A stretch of 62,403 bases of DNA, filler included. It is 6 parts of 6 records of this genome, joined end to end, with 100 filler letters (N's around TTAATTAATTAA, not from the genome) between each part and the next. Parts side by side here need not be neighbours in the genome. Positions count along the whole stretch, not along the records: positions 1 to 19,442 come from SRR2962707_2201; 5 more parts are not named here. One strand, 5' to 3'. Positions 1 through 15,200 of this stretch are shown here, one piece after another. The stretch's first letter is position 1. Each line of letters opens with the position of its first letter. Made by a program: the position numbers and the translations under genes. The notes below the pieces were generated by a model. The model did not search any database. It was not told the DNA's origin and saw nothing but the letters and a program-made list of their open reading frames with translations.

Positions 1-215
1 GCCCCCCCCCCCACCCCCCGTCCCCCCCCCCGCATCCCTCCCTCAAAACCCCGCCTCGGCTCCATCTCACCGCGAACAGCCCGCCTGTGAGAGTTGTGAT
101 CGGCGAGATTCGGCAGGCGAAGTGGTTGATGGTGCTAATGATGAACACGGGGCAATGACGCGTACGTTGGGCCCACCCATGTTGCCGAGCGACGCATGGT
201 GATACAGGACCGACT

Positions 216-3200
216 TCAAGACACAACCAGATAATCGAACTCTCCTTCCGTCGCTCTGGCGCCTCGTCGTCCTCCTGCCCCCGATGCTGCCGTTGGTGGC
301 AAGCCTGCCTTGTCTCCATTCGGATCTGCCTTTGCTTGGTGTTGCCGCGTCAACACACGTATCCACTGGCGGAAATTCCCAACGGCCTTATGCTTTGCGA
401 CGACGAATTTCTTCAACGAGGCGTCCGACACAACCGCTGATTTCTCGACCCAACCTTCCAGCTCGAAGTTGCCAACAGCATGATCGTGAGCCTCAACACA
501 TTCAAGTCCCGCTGCACATGCCTCTGCGAGTCCAGTACCATCACGAGCCTCGATTTGCAACATTCGAATGAACTCCACATGGGCCAACACGTCCAAAACC
601 ACCCGCCCAAGATCGGCACCGAAGAAACGCATGATCCGAGCGGCGCAGGGCAATTCTTGAAATTGCGCACGGACGTCCACCATCTTCAGCAACAATTCGG
701 AACTAGCGCAGGCATTATGCTCGCATGCTTTGCTTTGAAGCAAATGTGGAGATTCGGAAACAGGGTCGACGCAAACGGTTCGTTCTTTGCCATGTGCACC
801 GTGCGAGGTTGACAATCTGTTGTGCTTGCTGTGCACGCCTTGGGATCTTTCAGAGCTGTGCATAGATGCCATCGCATTGTCTGGGTCGAGCACGATATGC
901 CAGTCTATACCAAGAACTTGTGCTGCTTCCATAGGAATGGCATGAATGGCTTTGAGCACTTGAACGACTGGCAAATCTCTCGCCCATCCTTGTTGGCACG
1001 GCAACTCACATTCGAAATCGCCAGTAAATTTCCCCAACGGCTTATCCATGCCTCCGTGTTTGGCCAGCACCGCAAGAAGATCAAGATCCGCGCACACAAC
1101 AGCAATTTGAAGAACGGATAAGTGTCCAAAACAGGAAAGCGATTGTGTGTTTGGGCCGCCACCCCATGGTCCAGGATCTGCACCCGCGGCAAGTAAAGCT
1201 TTGACGCACTCGCAGTGCCCACCCAGCAAGGCGAGCTGCACAGGAGTTAAACCAACAGTGAGTTCACGAACAGAAAAGCCGTTACTGCCATGGATCAGAA
1301 GCTGTGTCGAAGTCAAAGCAATTGGGGGATGAATGGACATCGACGTTGGAATGTCCAACTGAGCATCGGCTTTGAGTAGCTTGGACACGACGTCAGTACA
1401 TCCCCAAAAGGAAGCCAAATGTAGCGGAGCCCAGCCCACAGCATTTTTTGCGTTGATTCTGAGCCAATCGAACTCGAGAAACATATCAACGATGTTCAGC
1501 TGCCTTTGGCCATAGTTTTCGTCGTAGTCAGTTCCATATGCGAAATTCACCAGATACCTTGGCGGCAACAAATTGGAACAGCAAACGTGTGATGACCGCC
1601 GAGATCACATTATGACGCCGAACAACAAAAAAGTCAATCAACAGTATCGCTGGGACATGATACAGCACTTACTGCACCGCACGAAACAATGGTGTGCAGC
1701 CAAGTTTATCTGGAGTGTTGAGCGGCGACACCAACACAGATGCTCCGTGCAAAAGTATCGAGCATAATTTAGGATCGCCATGCTGAACACCGATGTGTAA
1801 CGACGTTGCTCCGTCGCGGATCAAGCCCTGCTGATAGTCTGGAATGGGGTCAACATTGGAACAGAGAATCTGCACTGTCTCAGAGTGCCGACCAACTGCT
1901 GCAGCAACCAACGGCGACAACCCTCCTGAAGCAACATCATTAATTGATGCACCCAGCTCCAACAGAACACGAACGACTTTGACATGACCATGTGCCGCGG
2001 CAAGAATGAGTGGAGTGCACCCATTGCGATCGCGGCAATTGGGCTCTGTTCGGCGGCGAACAATAAAATCTCGAACCGCCACATCTTCACCTTCGGAAGA
2101 AAACCACAGCAAGCCTTCTGTGTCTGGCGACGACAGCGTACTGAGCGTGTCCAGGTTGTGCAAAACAAATTCCAAACGCTGCATGTACCTACATTTCGAA
2201 GGCATAGCCAATGCAGATTGGAACATTTACAGCGTGATGGGGCGATTTGAAATTTGAACTCTTGTCGTTGCTCTGCTCCCTCAACAAGCAGAGAATACCA
2301 TACCGGAATCGACTACGCATTTCAGTGCGATCGATTGTTCCCCCGCAGTCTCTATCACTCCGCATAAATTGCATTTCCAAGAACAAAGGGAAATACTGCG
2401 GTCCAAATTTTGCTAAAAATCCTCGTTCATTCAAGTAACTTTCCAAATCGCTGCGGGACAGCTCGAACTCTAAGAAGTCGCCTTTCGTGCAGCCCGATTG
2501 CTCGCTTTGTGGCACGTCTGGATTCGCGTAAAGTGTAGAATTGTGAGTGCCTTCGATTGGCTTGTCGACATCAGCATGGATCTGTTGTTGGGATTCTGTA
2601 GCCAACGGGTCTTCCCATGTGGAGCTCTGCCCATTTGTCCAGTACGCCACCAATCCACCACTACCGTCTGTAGTCTCTACCTTGTCCCACTTTAGGTTGC
2701 CTGTGTCGCGGTTGGTGCCATTTGCTTCGTTTCGTTGTTGCAACTGTGCACTGCAACCCGGGCGAATGTCGTAGCACCATTGAAACATGTCATCCAATTG
2801 GGATTGGATAAGTTTTGCATCTCCCTCAGTTCGAGCCCCAATGTTGTCGCTGTCGATTGTTAACGCGTCGTTGAGGGTAATATGATAAAGGTGGCCTAAA
2901 ATACTCTGCACTGCAATTTTTTCAGTGAAAACCGCTTTATGCCCTTGTGACATGTCAGCAGTAGCTGTCAGTGCAAATGGCGCACGCGCTCGATTGCTTT
3001 TCGCCGCATGTTCCGATGCAGAGGAAGGGACCGCTGCAGTACCCCTGTAGAAACACTTTTGGTCCGATGCCACAAGGCTTTCTAGAACATCAAAGTCCGC
3101 GGCAAAAGCTGCAACCATTTTCTCCGTCATAGTGTCCGCCAAGCGTGACATCCCTGTCCCTAGCATCAACGGCGTTACCGCATGGCTAGCGTTGGTTGTG

Positions 3201-6200
3201 ATGGACTGTGTCACGTGAATCATTGCAGTTTGAATGTTCTCTGAGTAAGGCAATTGCTGGGCACCCACTGCCAAAAGAAGGTCAACTATTGCGCGTTCCC
3301 CGTTGACGGCAGCAAAATATAGCGCGGAGCAGCCCCCGTCAGTGCGAATATTCACATCCACTCCCTGAGGAATGAGATTTGAGTGGCTCCCTTCAACAGC
3401 CTTACCTTCGTAGGGACGAGTAGTACGCGGTGTTGTGCTTTGTTCGCATAAGCACTGAACAACTTCAAAGTGAGAAAAACGAACGGCCAGATGCAATGCC
3501 GTCGCGCCAATGAAGTCTGTCATATCTCCCGTCCACGGCGCGCAAAAGAAAGTCGATGATGAGTCGACGTTGTCCCATTGTGAGTCGATGGCGCTGCTTT
3601 TGCAGGTCAAGTGGTGATTCGGCACACGGCCCACTACCCCTGCATTGACATCAAGCGACGCAATACTGCAAAGTATCTGCACAGCACTTAGATGCCCTCC
3701 GACTGCAGCAGCGTGGAGCGCAGTCACTCCATCCAGCCCTCGCGTATTCGGCCGGCAACGTGTTTCTGCAAGATCTACAATGGCACGGATAACCAATGCA
3801 TGGCCCGCACGAGCGGCTGCAATTAAGGCTGTTGTACCGCAGCCGCACTCAGTTTTCAACCCATTCACCGGGCGCCCTGCAACTTCGCGAGTGCCATGAG
3901 GAGGGCAATACAAAAATTTGCTTATGTTGGCATTTGAGTTGGTGCTGCACATGTCTGAGTGTGAGTTGTCAATGTAGTCAATTGCGGGTGATGCGTAAGC
4001 CACATTTGCAAAAAGTTTCTTGTTCGCGAGGTTCTCTCGTCGCTGCTGCTCAAGTAGCCATATTCGCTTCCGTTCCACATTTGCATCTGCGCAACGGCTG
4101 TTTGTGCGGCAGTCAACTTCGATTTCGGTGACTTGTTCAAGGATCGATTGATGGCGATCGACCAACTCAACAGCAGCGTTGTGAGCTAACACCGCTGATG
4201 CAAGCCTATCTTCTTGCACCTGCCTCGACTGTTTGGCAAACCCCAGTTTGGTGTCGCAGATTTTTTCCTGGTCTGTGTAGTGTTCGAGCTGCGCTTGACA
4301 CTGCTCAAGATGAGTTCGGGCCTGCGTTTTCAGTAAAATTGCAGAAATCAAGAGAAGGCACAGACTTACAGCAAAAACTTCAATGATCTTCGATTTGAAG
4401 ACTGTACCTGCACCGTGATTTTGCTTTGGATTTCGACAAATTGTTTTGCTTGCTGCCACTTGTTTATTTCTGATTCAGTCAGACGCCGCGTGCGACGCCG
4501 TCCAGTGCTGTCAACGACAACTGGTGACAATGCGTCTGCAGCAAGCTGCAACGTTGCCAGTTCGGTTTTGCAATCAGCAACTGCATGTTCAGCATCACGG
4601 ACATGCGCAGCAGCTTTTGCCACAGCTTGGGAAGCAGCTTTTGCTGCCTGCAACGCGGCACCTTCCTCATCGCAACGGCTGTTGAGCTCTTTTTCTTCCA
4701 ACCTAGGCACACCCGAAAAGCAAATTCAAAAAACGTTCAGGTGCTTGTACTTTACGTCTAGAACGCTACACATTTCAAAGGTTCATCCAACGAAAAAAAG
4801 CGAGATGTGCACTTCTCACCGCCTTTCGCTAGCTCTCCAATCTCGGGCCTTTTCCGACTCCAGCAATTGTGCTCGACACGCGTCCCGACGCTCAATAGCG
4901 CATTCCAAGGCCTTCAAGCGCGTATCGGCTTCTTTTGTGGCGGATGCAAGATCTTGCTTAGCACGCGCAGTTGCGGAGCGCTGCTGTTCGGCTCGAAAGT
5001 CATGAATTAACAAAAGCCACACGATGCGACCATACCCTAGCTGCGATGCAGCCAAGAGCGGAGTCCAAGCTTCTCGCCGCATGAATTCGATGCAGTCATC
5101 GTGGACCAATGGCCGGTGGTCTTCACTGCCATCAATCTCGACACTGCCTACACTGTCAACGTCGCCACCCTCAGAGTCCACACTCTTCCACTCTCTACTC
5201 CCTGCTGCGGAAACGGTATTGTTTGGCCGCACTCCAGAGCCAGGAAAAGTGAAATCCGCCTCATCAACGGTTTCAGTTTTTGGACGTAATGTTGCCGCGG
5301 CTCGACAGAATGCCAATGGCGGTCGATGTGGAATGTCCACAGAAACACCATGTTGCAAGAGGGCTCTGCAAACTGCCACTCGCCCAAGCCCAGCTGCAGC
5401 GAATAATGGAGTGACTTCAACTACAGCTTCAGAAAGTGGCACACTGTGAATCAGTGCAAAATATTCAGACTGTGATAGTTTCGAAATCGGCGACGAGCGG
5501 CTGCACTCAATTGATGGCGTTCTTGCAATTTCTAACAGAGGCCCAAAGTTGTACACACCATCCGGAACAAATCCATCTACGTACAGACTGCGCCGACATT
5601 CGACGGCATTATCTGTCAACATCGAATAAGTGAACCTTTCGAATACCGACATGTCCGTTGTTCGGGTTGAAAAACATATCCCTTGTTTGTTCATTTGCCG
5701 GTGCTTCAATGACAAAAGTATTCGACGAAACGAGTTCAGGGCAAAGTTGTTTGCTTCTTCTTGTTTACCCGCATCATCTGTGTGGGAGAGGATGTGGCAT
5801 GCACAACGCGCAAGATCGCTGACTGAAAGGCGTACTTGACGTGGATGACGCAAAGACTCGAGTTCTGCTCTCGCAGGAGAATTTCCTACTGCTAAGTCTG
5901 TTTGCCGGTCAATAGACCACCCACACTCATGTGGATGCAATTCAATCTGGCTCCGAGGCCCCATGGATTTTTTTTGAGCTGAACAGCTTGCGAAAGAGGC
6001 TGATTCATGACCAAACAGGCGGATAGTGTCATGGAGCTTGCGCGTAAGTCCGCACAACTGATCATTCACCTGAGGTAGGCATTCTGCGAGGAAATTTGTT
6101 TGTATGTAGGCTTTTAATATGCCTATCGGGCACAGAGCGTCGAGGTCACTGCCGCCACACACAAGCAATTCAAACGTCTGACGATGCCCATGCAGAAGCG

Positions 6201-9200
6201 CAATCATTGCATCTGTAGGACTCTCCCCTGGCGATGCCAACGATCCCTGATGAGATTCGATGCGCGTACAATCGTCACTTTCAGGAGAAGCCATAGCACC
6301 CGTAGTTATCGAAGCGAAAGGTTCAGGTTGTCCCAATCGACTGAAAAGCACAAGTGGAAACCCTGAGCTGTTTGCAAGCATCATCTCATGTTGCGCATGC
6401 CGAGCGCTGGCGTCTTGTGACATTTGGGCATTGTCGCCCCACGCCAACTCTTCGTCCGACAAAACCAACATGTCGTTGATTGCGACAAATGGGTCCATTG
6501 GCAAGGCTTTTCGACGAAGCAGCGACTCGTATACAAACACAAAAGAGGCGGTCTGCTCGTGCGCGCCGCAATCGATGAGTGCCAATCCGGGTCGACCACA
6601 CAAATCCGGTAATGCACCGGCTTGAAGCAGCAATTTCGCGCATCCCGCGTGTCCTGCGGCAGCTGCTTTGCGCAAAGGTGTCATACGGTCGTAATATCGG
6701 GCAGGACATGGGCGGTTGGGATCGGCCTTGGCCGCAAGAACTTGCTGTGCTACTTTGGCACAATTGCGCATGATACATGCGTACAGAGGCGTCAGCCCGC
6801 GGTGCGTGCATGCGTTGGGGTTGGCGGTGGCATGCAAAAGCGATGAGACAGCGCTGCCAAAGTTGTTCGCGCAGGCCACAACCAGCGGCGTTGAAAACTC
6901 CCCAAATTTTGGGCAAGGAGAATCCAAAGCTAATCCAGTCGAAATACCATCTGCGAGGACAAATTCGTCATTGTCGAGAACTCCTGATGCAGTGTTGAGA
7001 GACCAGTCGTAGCTTCCAGTGGTTGCATTGAGGCGGGAACCGGTCTCAGAACCATCCATGGTCTGGGTGGCAGATCCGTACTCGGGTGCTGAGCTTGGCG
7101 GTACTGAGCAGAGGAAGTCCAACATGACGCGTAAGCACGCTGCATTTTTCCGATTAGATGCAAGCAGCAAGGGGGTTGCGCCATCCGACTCGCGAGGTTG
7201 CAACGGATCTGCTGCAGCGTCTCGAACCAATCGTGCTGATGCTTTTGTCTCCTCCATGAGATGGTCGTGGCTTTGGTTTAATGCTTCTTGCCGACTGATA
7301 ACAGGTACAGGACCGCCTGGCCAGTCATGCGCTGCCGATGGTGGGGCGAGCAAGATTCGAACAATATTGACATTGTGGAGCGCTTCATGCAGGGCAGTCT
7401 GACCTGTGCTGTTGTAGGATTTTGCGTTTGGCTGAGCACGTAGTTGTAGCAAGATTCTGACGCAGCGAAGGTAGTTGAGACGCACCGCCACCATCAACGC
7501 AGTCATTCCATTGGCCAAAACCACTTTCCCTCGTTCCTTTACGTCCCGCTTCACTGGATGAAGAGTTTCTTTGAGAAGACTGTCCTCTGGAGTCGTTTGG
7601 GTGCGAACCAGCCATCGTTGCAGCGACTGGGGCACTGTGGTGCTGCAGTGTGCATCAAATCTTGAGTCAACTTCAACATGTGCGGATGTAGACAGAACAG
7701 CCACTAGTAAGGCCTTTGCGGCGATACAATCTTCATCGAATCCATTTTTTGCCGACGGCTCACTCAATCCAGTAGATTTAACTCCGGCTGAATCGGAAAG
7801 CGCAGCCGCTCGAAGAAGTATGTTCACGAAAACGTTGCTTTGTTTCGTAGCGGGTACGAACGCAACATTTGAGCTTTGCATGGTTTGGCGATGAGTATTA
7901 GGCGTCGTGCTGAGTCCAGTCAGAGACCCATTTGGTTTAAGTCGTTTGTAATGCAGCAATGCCCTAAAACTCACAACAAATGATCTTATAACGTGCTCCA
8001 GCAGAGAGATGTCCTTAACGTTGATTCGCAGCATCGCCTTGCGCTCGGCAGAAGACTTGGTGTCGTGGAATTCAGATGCTGCAAAAGCAGATACGTCAAA
8101 GTAGTAGCGGTCTCCTGAGAACTGTTGGCTCCAGCTGAACCGACGCACGCTGCACTCAACAAGCTCTGAAAACTCAATAAAGCTGCTCTTCAAGTCGCTG
8201 GCGTTATTCATCGACTTGATTCTCGACCATTCTTCCCGTGCAAGTTCCTCCACCTCTTTGTGCAATTGCTTGGCGCGCAAATGGCAGCAAATTTCTTCGA
8301 AGTTCAAGGTTGCGCAATTTTCGGAAACACCGCCTCGGGTGTTGTGACTCATGGGTTCATCTGATTCATTGCTTTCAACAATTCTAGTGTTCATGCGCTC
8401 CATTTCAGCGATACTCTGCAACCCTGGGTCTGTTTCCAAAATATCAAAATCTACCCCAAGGACATCTTCGAGATCAATATTGAACTTCAAACGTAGTAGC
8501 TCAAGTACGGTCAAACCCTGTGCTGAAGCACTATTTGATTGAACTTGAGCACAACGTCGCAAACTGGCTGTGCCAAAGCAGCCAGCAGGACAGCATGAAA
8601 ACGGGAGAAATCTCGCTTCAGTGTTGAGGTAACCATCTACAGCAAGACGCTGCAGCAATAAAAAGTCACCAAATTCTGCCGCCAAAAAGGCTGCATGTGA
8701 TAAATTGCCCCAGGAAGACCGCTGTTGGTCTTGACTACCCTGAGAACTTGGGTTTGGGTCAATACTGAGTGGTCTTCCATTTGTAAGCTCAAAGGCGCGC
8801 CAATGACCATTGACAATTGTGTCGAAGCAATTTTGCCGGCGTTTCCACGAAGGCAGTAGCAGGCTATCAAACTTAGGTTCGGCAAAAGCACCTTTGCGGC
8901 CACACGGAATGCATACAACCGCTAACTGAATTGCCGTGTACGGATAAGAATCCAGGGCCCCGAAGGATGATGAAGCTTCGTTCTCATTGGTTCGTGACTC
9001 TTGAATGAATAGTTGGCCCAGCGGATTCGCCAACAAGGATGCTTTCCCAACACGTGTTCCATCAGCATTGTTTGAAGCTGTTGATGTGACAGATACGACT
9101 GCACTGGCTTCGCTCCTGGTTGTCGCAGTGCGAGTCATTTTCGATGGAAACAACAATGCATTGAGCACAGCGTTATGTCCAAAGCGAACTGCCAGGTGAA

Positions 9201-12200
9201 TTGCAGCACTATGCACTGCACCTGTTGTGCGGTCGGAAACAGTGGCACCGTGTTCTTGCAGTTTGGTGACAATTTGCGCAGATCCACAACGGGCAGCAAT
9301 TATGAGAGGTGAAATGCCCATGTTATCGGTCACATTAGGATGGGATTTGGCCTGTAGAAGCATTGCCACAATGCGAATATTTCCCTCTGCAGCAGCAATG
9401 TGCAAAGGGTACAGCCCATTCCGTGTATGCGCGTCGTTCAAGAGATATTCCATTGTGCTTTCAGTCAAAACGTTGGCGTGCTCATCAAAGAGTCGCTTGA
9501 TCAACCGAATGTGCCCACCAAACACTGCAAGCGTCAATAATGAATTGCCGTCCAATGCTTGGTAATGCGCATTGGCTTTCATTTGAAGCAACGCGGTCAC
9601 TGCTTCAATATTTCCATAGACTGCTGCAGACAGCAGTGGTGTGTGCTCAACAGCAGTTTCGATACAATCAATTTGGACAAACGGGTATCCTGATTTTTGC
9701 TGTTCCTGAAGAAGAGCGAATTTGGATCTCGCAACGTGCGCCAGGTGAGCTTGCTCACTTCTTTTTGATGTAAGCTTGCATGCCACGCACTGCAAGCTAC
9801 CCAAGATATCATTGCGTGTCGCCAATTTCGCTTGCAGTGTTTTCTCCTTGATTGAGAATGAATCTTCAAGCACCTTCTGTGATTTTTCCAGATTCGCAAG
9901 ATCCATGCGCTCATCTTTGAGAAAATCCTTTTGAAGATTGAGGTCCCTGTACAGCGCCTTTCGATTGGCCTCTGTCACCTTAGCCTTCTTAATTTCTTCC
10001 TCTTCGAACTCAATGGCAGTTTCGAGGTCAGCAATGGCAGCACGCTGCGCGCCAATGACCTTGTTCTGCTCGTCCCATCGAACAGAGTACTGCATGTGTA
10101 ATGTTTCCAAGTGCATCTTGATCTCCGCAGCAACCACAAGTTGTGCCTCAATGTCAGCCTCAAGCATGCAGAGCCGGTTAGTCGTCAAGACTTTGCTCGA
10201 CACGTTTTTTCGCACAGCTTCTGCTTGGAGCGCTAACTGACGACAAACGCGATGTTCCAGTAACAATTCCATTTGAGTCACATCATTTCGCCGAGCTGCA
10301 TTAAAAACTTCTCCATGCAACTTCTTTACATGTCTGCAAAAGAGGCGCACAGAAAAAAAAATGGCACGATCGCCCAACCGTGAAGCAAGATTGAGAGAAC
10401 ACTAAAAAGCAGATCCAAAATGCCTGTGCCGTTCACGAAAGTTCAACGCAAGAAACGTACAAGCGACGCTCCCAATCGCCGGGAAGTCCCAAAGCAAATT
10501 GTTGTACAAGTGCAAGTTTGCGACTTTTTTCGTCTGATACAGCTTCGATATTGGGTTCATCCATCGATGGCTGGTTTGCAGGAACAACGACCTTCACCAC
10601 CCCACCGTTAATGCGCACAGTGGTCTCAAGAATGTCTTTGACGGAGTAAGCTTCACTGGCGAGTCGGCTGCGACGGATTCGAGCAATCAAGTGCAACCTT
10701 TTCAGCCGCTCAAATACTCCGCCGGAAGTGAATTCCTCCAGTGTGACATTTTCATCACCATCGACATCAATTCGGTTGTACCTGCGCGCAAAACACGGAA
10801 GTGGATCACTGTCAACGCCTAAGCCGACGCAGACCTTGAACAAAATGTGATGACATTGAAGCACACACTTACAGAATGACCGACAGCCGTTCAAAAAGAA
10901 TCCCATAAAGATCTTTAAAACCGAGAGCCTCCAAGAAAATGCGAAATTCCTCTGGGTCAATTGTGCCCCCACCGTCAAGATCAACCTTATTGAATATTGC
11001 TTCGGCAGCTCGACGTTGTTCAACATCCCATGTGGCCTCTGTTGTCGCATCATCGTCCATGTGATTCGCTGCCGACACACTCGCAGTCACGGCCGAAACC
11101 TCCCGTGTCTCTTCCCATAGATTCCGGATGAATTTTTCTTCTTGTGCGGCAACACGATTTAAAGAAAGCACTTCGCCAAGGCCTCCATTTATTCCATGTA
11201 CTGAAACGATGATATCGTCAAGGAAAGCACGAACTGCATGCGAAACGCGCCGAACTTCTCTCCAGCGCGGATTCGTTGCTAACAGCAGCTGCCCAAGCAA
11301 GCTGAACTCTCCAGCCCGTGCTGCTACCGCAAGCTCTGATGTGTCCGAGGAGTTTACGCCCTTGCAAGGGATCGCGTTCCATCGAAGCAACGCATTTATG
11401 ACATCCGAGTAGCCAACGTCAACAGCCACGCCAAGAACAGTTCCTACAATCATTCAAACACAGGCAACGGCATTATGTTCGAGGAAGTGAAAATAATATT
11501 CATATGGAAGCGCTTTCAGTTGTGTTTCATTGTGTATGCGCAACCCACGTCCTCCATCCACGTCAGGCCTTGAGCTTCCTTCATTCGCATTTGCACCAGC
11601 CGCGAGCAACAATTCCACAGCATGAACATCACGCTGATGCACTGCGACTCGTAATGGAGACCAAGTTTGGGGTCCCAGCTTTTCACTGCCGTTGGGATTT
11701 GCTCGTCCTTCGCCTAAGAGAACCCGCATGACATCGTGATTTCCACCGACGCTTGCCAGTAAGAGGGGTGTTGATGCATCACCCGCAATAGCTTCGACGT
11801 CTGCCTTATGCTGAATCAATATTCTTGCTACGTTCATATGCCCGAAATCAGCTGCAACATGCAGTGGAGTGTATCCGTCGTTGTACTTGCAGTTAACATA
11901 CCTTCCACGAGCAAAAGCAAGACACTATAAACTACATTCAAGCGCTCGTTCAAGGCAAAACAACACGGCACACAATGGGAGGTTGGACATACTTGGACAC
12001 CTGTGCATCATTATTAGTTTGCCTTCGCTCTCCTGTTCGGCGCGCAGCTGCTAACGCCAATGACATCTCTGCCTCTTCCTGGCTTCTCAGCAAATGTTCC
12101 ACCTTTCCTTCGTCCCCTTGCTCGACGGCTTTGAGTAGTCTCTTGGCAATCTTGTCATCGCTGCCAGTAGCACGCAATCCAATCGATGCTGCAAGTGCAG

Positions 12201-15200
12201 CGGCATTTTTCGGACTACCTCGATTCAGTAAAGCCTTTGAAGCATTTTCTGAAAGCCACTTTTGATCTGACAAGTCGGTACGTTGCACCACCGCACGTAC
12301 AAAGTGCATGTGCGCATAAAAGCACTCCTCCCCGCTTGCGGATGCTGCCTGCCGTGCAAGATGTGCACGGAGAGTGCCTTCTCCGTACAGCAGTCGGAGA
12401 GCCACAAGCTCATGAAGGTGGGTTTCAAAGGTTTGGAAAAAATCTTCACACCTAAAAGGTTTTGCCTCCCACTCGGCTGCATTCGGGGCTTCTACGTCAT
12501 GTTTCGGAGGAGGCACCCCGGTTCCACCTAAAAATTGAAGGAGTTGCAGCGCGCCGCACTTCACCGCGGGATCATGGCGCTTGTCTGCCATTGTGTGAAA
12601 TCTTCGCTCCAGAAGAGTGACTGACATGTCAAACAGAGCGGGCACCGTTGATGTTGATTCTGACTTGGCTCCATGTGACTCAGAGGGCATCGTTCCCGCC
12701 GTAACGGCGGCATCCGAGCTCGCTGTCTGGTCGCGACAACTCATGTCATCACACTTGCTTAAATAAGATTCGAGCAGAGTGCGGGAGAAATTCCCTGTAT
12801 GTGATGCATCGTATTTTTGAAACTCGAAATACACGTGCTGTTGATCGCGCATGGAGCGAATTTTGGCGATGATGCGTCGCAGTACGCCACCGGGCGTCCC
12901 ATCATCAACAGCATATGTCGTGTTTGAAGCGCTCCCCGACAAGCCTGAATGCTTCGCGGCGGCTGGAAATGAACCTGTCCCAAAAATTTGTTCCGTAGTG
13001 CGGCCGAACGCACTCAAAAGCAACGTATCAGCAACTACAGCAGTGATTGCGGCTGCATTGCCGCTCTGACAAGCTTCCGAACGAAACACATTGTCCATCG
13101 CAAAGTCGGTTGCTCCTGTCACCTCCAATATTTTCTGCAAGGCCTCAAAGTTGCCCAAAAGCACAGCAAGTTTAAGTTCGGCAAACGGGGAGTCCGCACA
13201 GAAATTCATGAGGCGCTCATCTCGAGTGAAGGAACTGTCAAAGATGGCGTGGCTTTTGTCAATAGTTGCCGACAGCAAGTCTTCGTCCTGAGTATTATAC
13301 GCCTTGGTTATAATTTCATGTGAGTCATGTTGCTCCTTCACCTGAACGGTCAGCAATGATTTTATCATCTCGATTGCGTAGGGCAGATTATACTGCAGGG
13401 CTGCGCCAGCTTCTAAGAGAAGAATCGAAATCTCTGTGTACCCCCTCATCAGTGCAACTTGCAACGGGGAACGAAAGGCATGACCTGCACTTGCAGAGAG
13501 TTCTACGTTGGGCGAAGCACGAGCTTGAAGCAGCAAGTCCACGATTGATGTTTCACCAAGATACCTTTCACGTCGGCCACAGTGTACACAGTTGGCAATT
13601 TGAAAGCACAACAACCAAAGGAACAGCGCAATACGGCAAGGACAATGGGTGAAAAGCGCAAAACTAGGAATGTCAACACTCGATGAGCACCGGAGCTTTT
13701 GACTTACACAGCTTTCGAGAGGGCGGTATTGCCGCCACTGGGAAGTGTGCAGAACAAGTCGTCAACGACATCTAACTTCGCCCGCGCTGGCCCAACAAGA
13801 AAGCGAAGTACTGCAAGCTTTCGTTGCTCCACAGCCACTAAAAGAGCTGAAAAGTTCAGTCCTGTGGCTACCACCATATCACTGTGCGGCTGTTTACCGT
13901 GGAGGCTATCTCCAGCACATGACAGGCTTAAATCCGAAACGCAGACTGTGGTGCCCGCCGGGTCCACCACTGGACTCATCAATGTTTCGTTCGCATCGGC
14001 ACGAGCGCTAATGAGATGTTCGACAACTGATTGCCGACCGAAAGCCACTGCAAAAAAAATTGGTGGAACTCGTAACATGCAATGCCGGGTTTGAAGTCGT
14101 TCGTGTGCGTGTGTGATGAGCGATTGTGCAGATTCCATGTGTGGCTTCAGTGGAAACGGGGCAAGCCTTCCATTGGGATCAACGTTCTGAGACTCGATCA
14201 AACGCTTCACAGTGCGAATCACTTGGTCATCAGACAAATCAGGCGTTGCGATTGCTCGCAAGAGTTGCAGCGCATTGCGTTGGTCACGCTTTGCAACTAA
14301 TACCGGCACTTTAGCGCTGTGCTGAAACGGTTCGGCGAGTGAATTGTTGTTCGTGGAGAGATCCGGATTCGACAGGGTTGGAGAAACCCTGCCGTGCGTT
14401 GGTGCCATGACGGAGACAGACGAGCGCATCCGCGACTTCGGTGAGGGGGACCCTCCCAAGCGTGCTTTTAGTGGTTTCAACATTCGCGGAGAGCGCGGCC
14501 GGCCGTGTGGGTGCTTTCCGAGAAGGCCTGCGTCTTGGCGGTCGTGGCGTTGCTCTTGCTGCTGCTGGTTTTGAAGCAGCAAGCTTTGAAAATCTTTTTC
14601 CTGCTGTTGTGCCTCGGCTGCAGCGGTGTTTGCGGCGTAGCCGCGCTGAAGCGTTTCAAATCTACGCCCGACACACAACAGCGGTAAAAAGAGTCAGAAC
14701 GCTTCGCCCGGGAAGTGCTTCAATAATAATGCCAACGGCAAAATTCTGAGGTCAACGATACTTACCTCTCAAAATGAAGAGCAAAGTGATCAAATCGCAC
14801 GCCCTGGTTCGCAAAAGCAGCATCGAGCCGGCTGTCGGCAGAAGATTGCGATGGCACTTTCATCGGCATGCTTTCATATGCTCGATGTGGATTTTGCGCT
14901 GTTGATAAATGCGCCTCGCAGCTTTTTTTAGGGGAGCTAGGCCGCGTATCAGCAGCCCGAAGAAACCCAGCCTTCCAAAGCCAAGGCCAACTCATGCGAA
15001 TGAATTCAGCCTGAACGTATGCATTCCAGCATCGATGAAACGAGTTGCGGCTTGCAACACCTGACAGCCAGTGTTCAAGCTGCTTCCAGCCGAGTCGGCG
15101 CTGAGCAATGCACTGGTGAACCCATTTTGAGTTCAAAGATCCAGGCACGCCGGCATCAGGAAAAAGTGGGATTCCAAGGCGCAATTTTTCCAACACAGCG

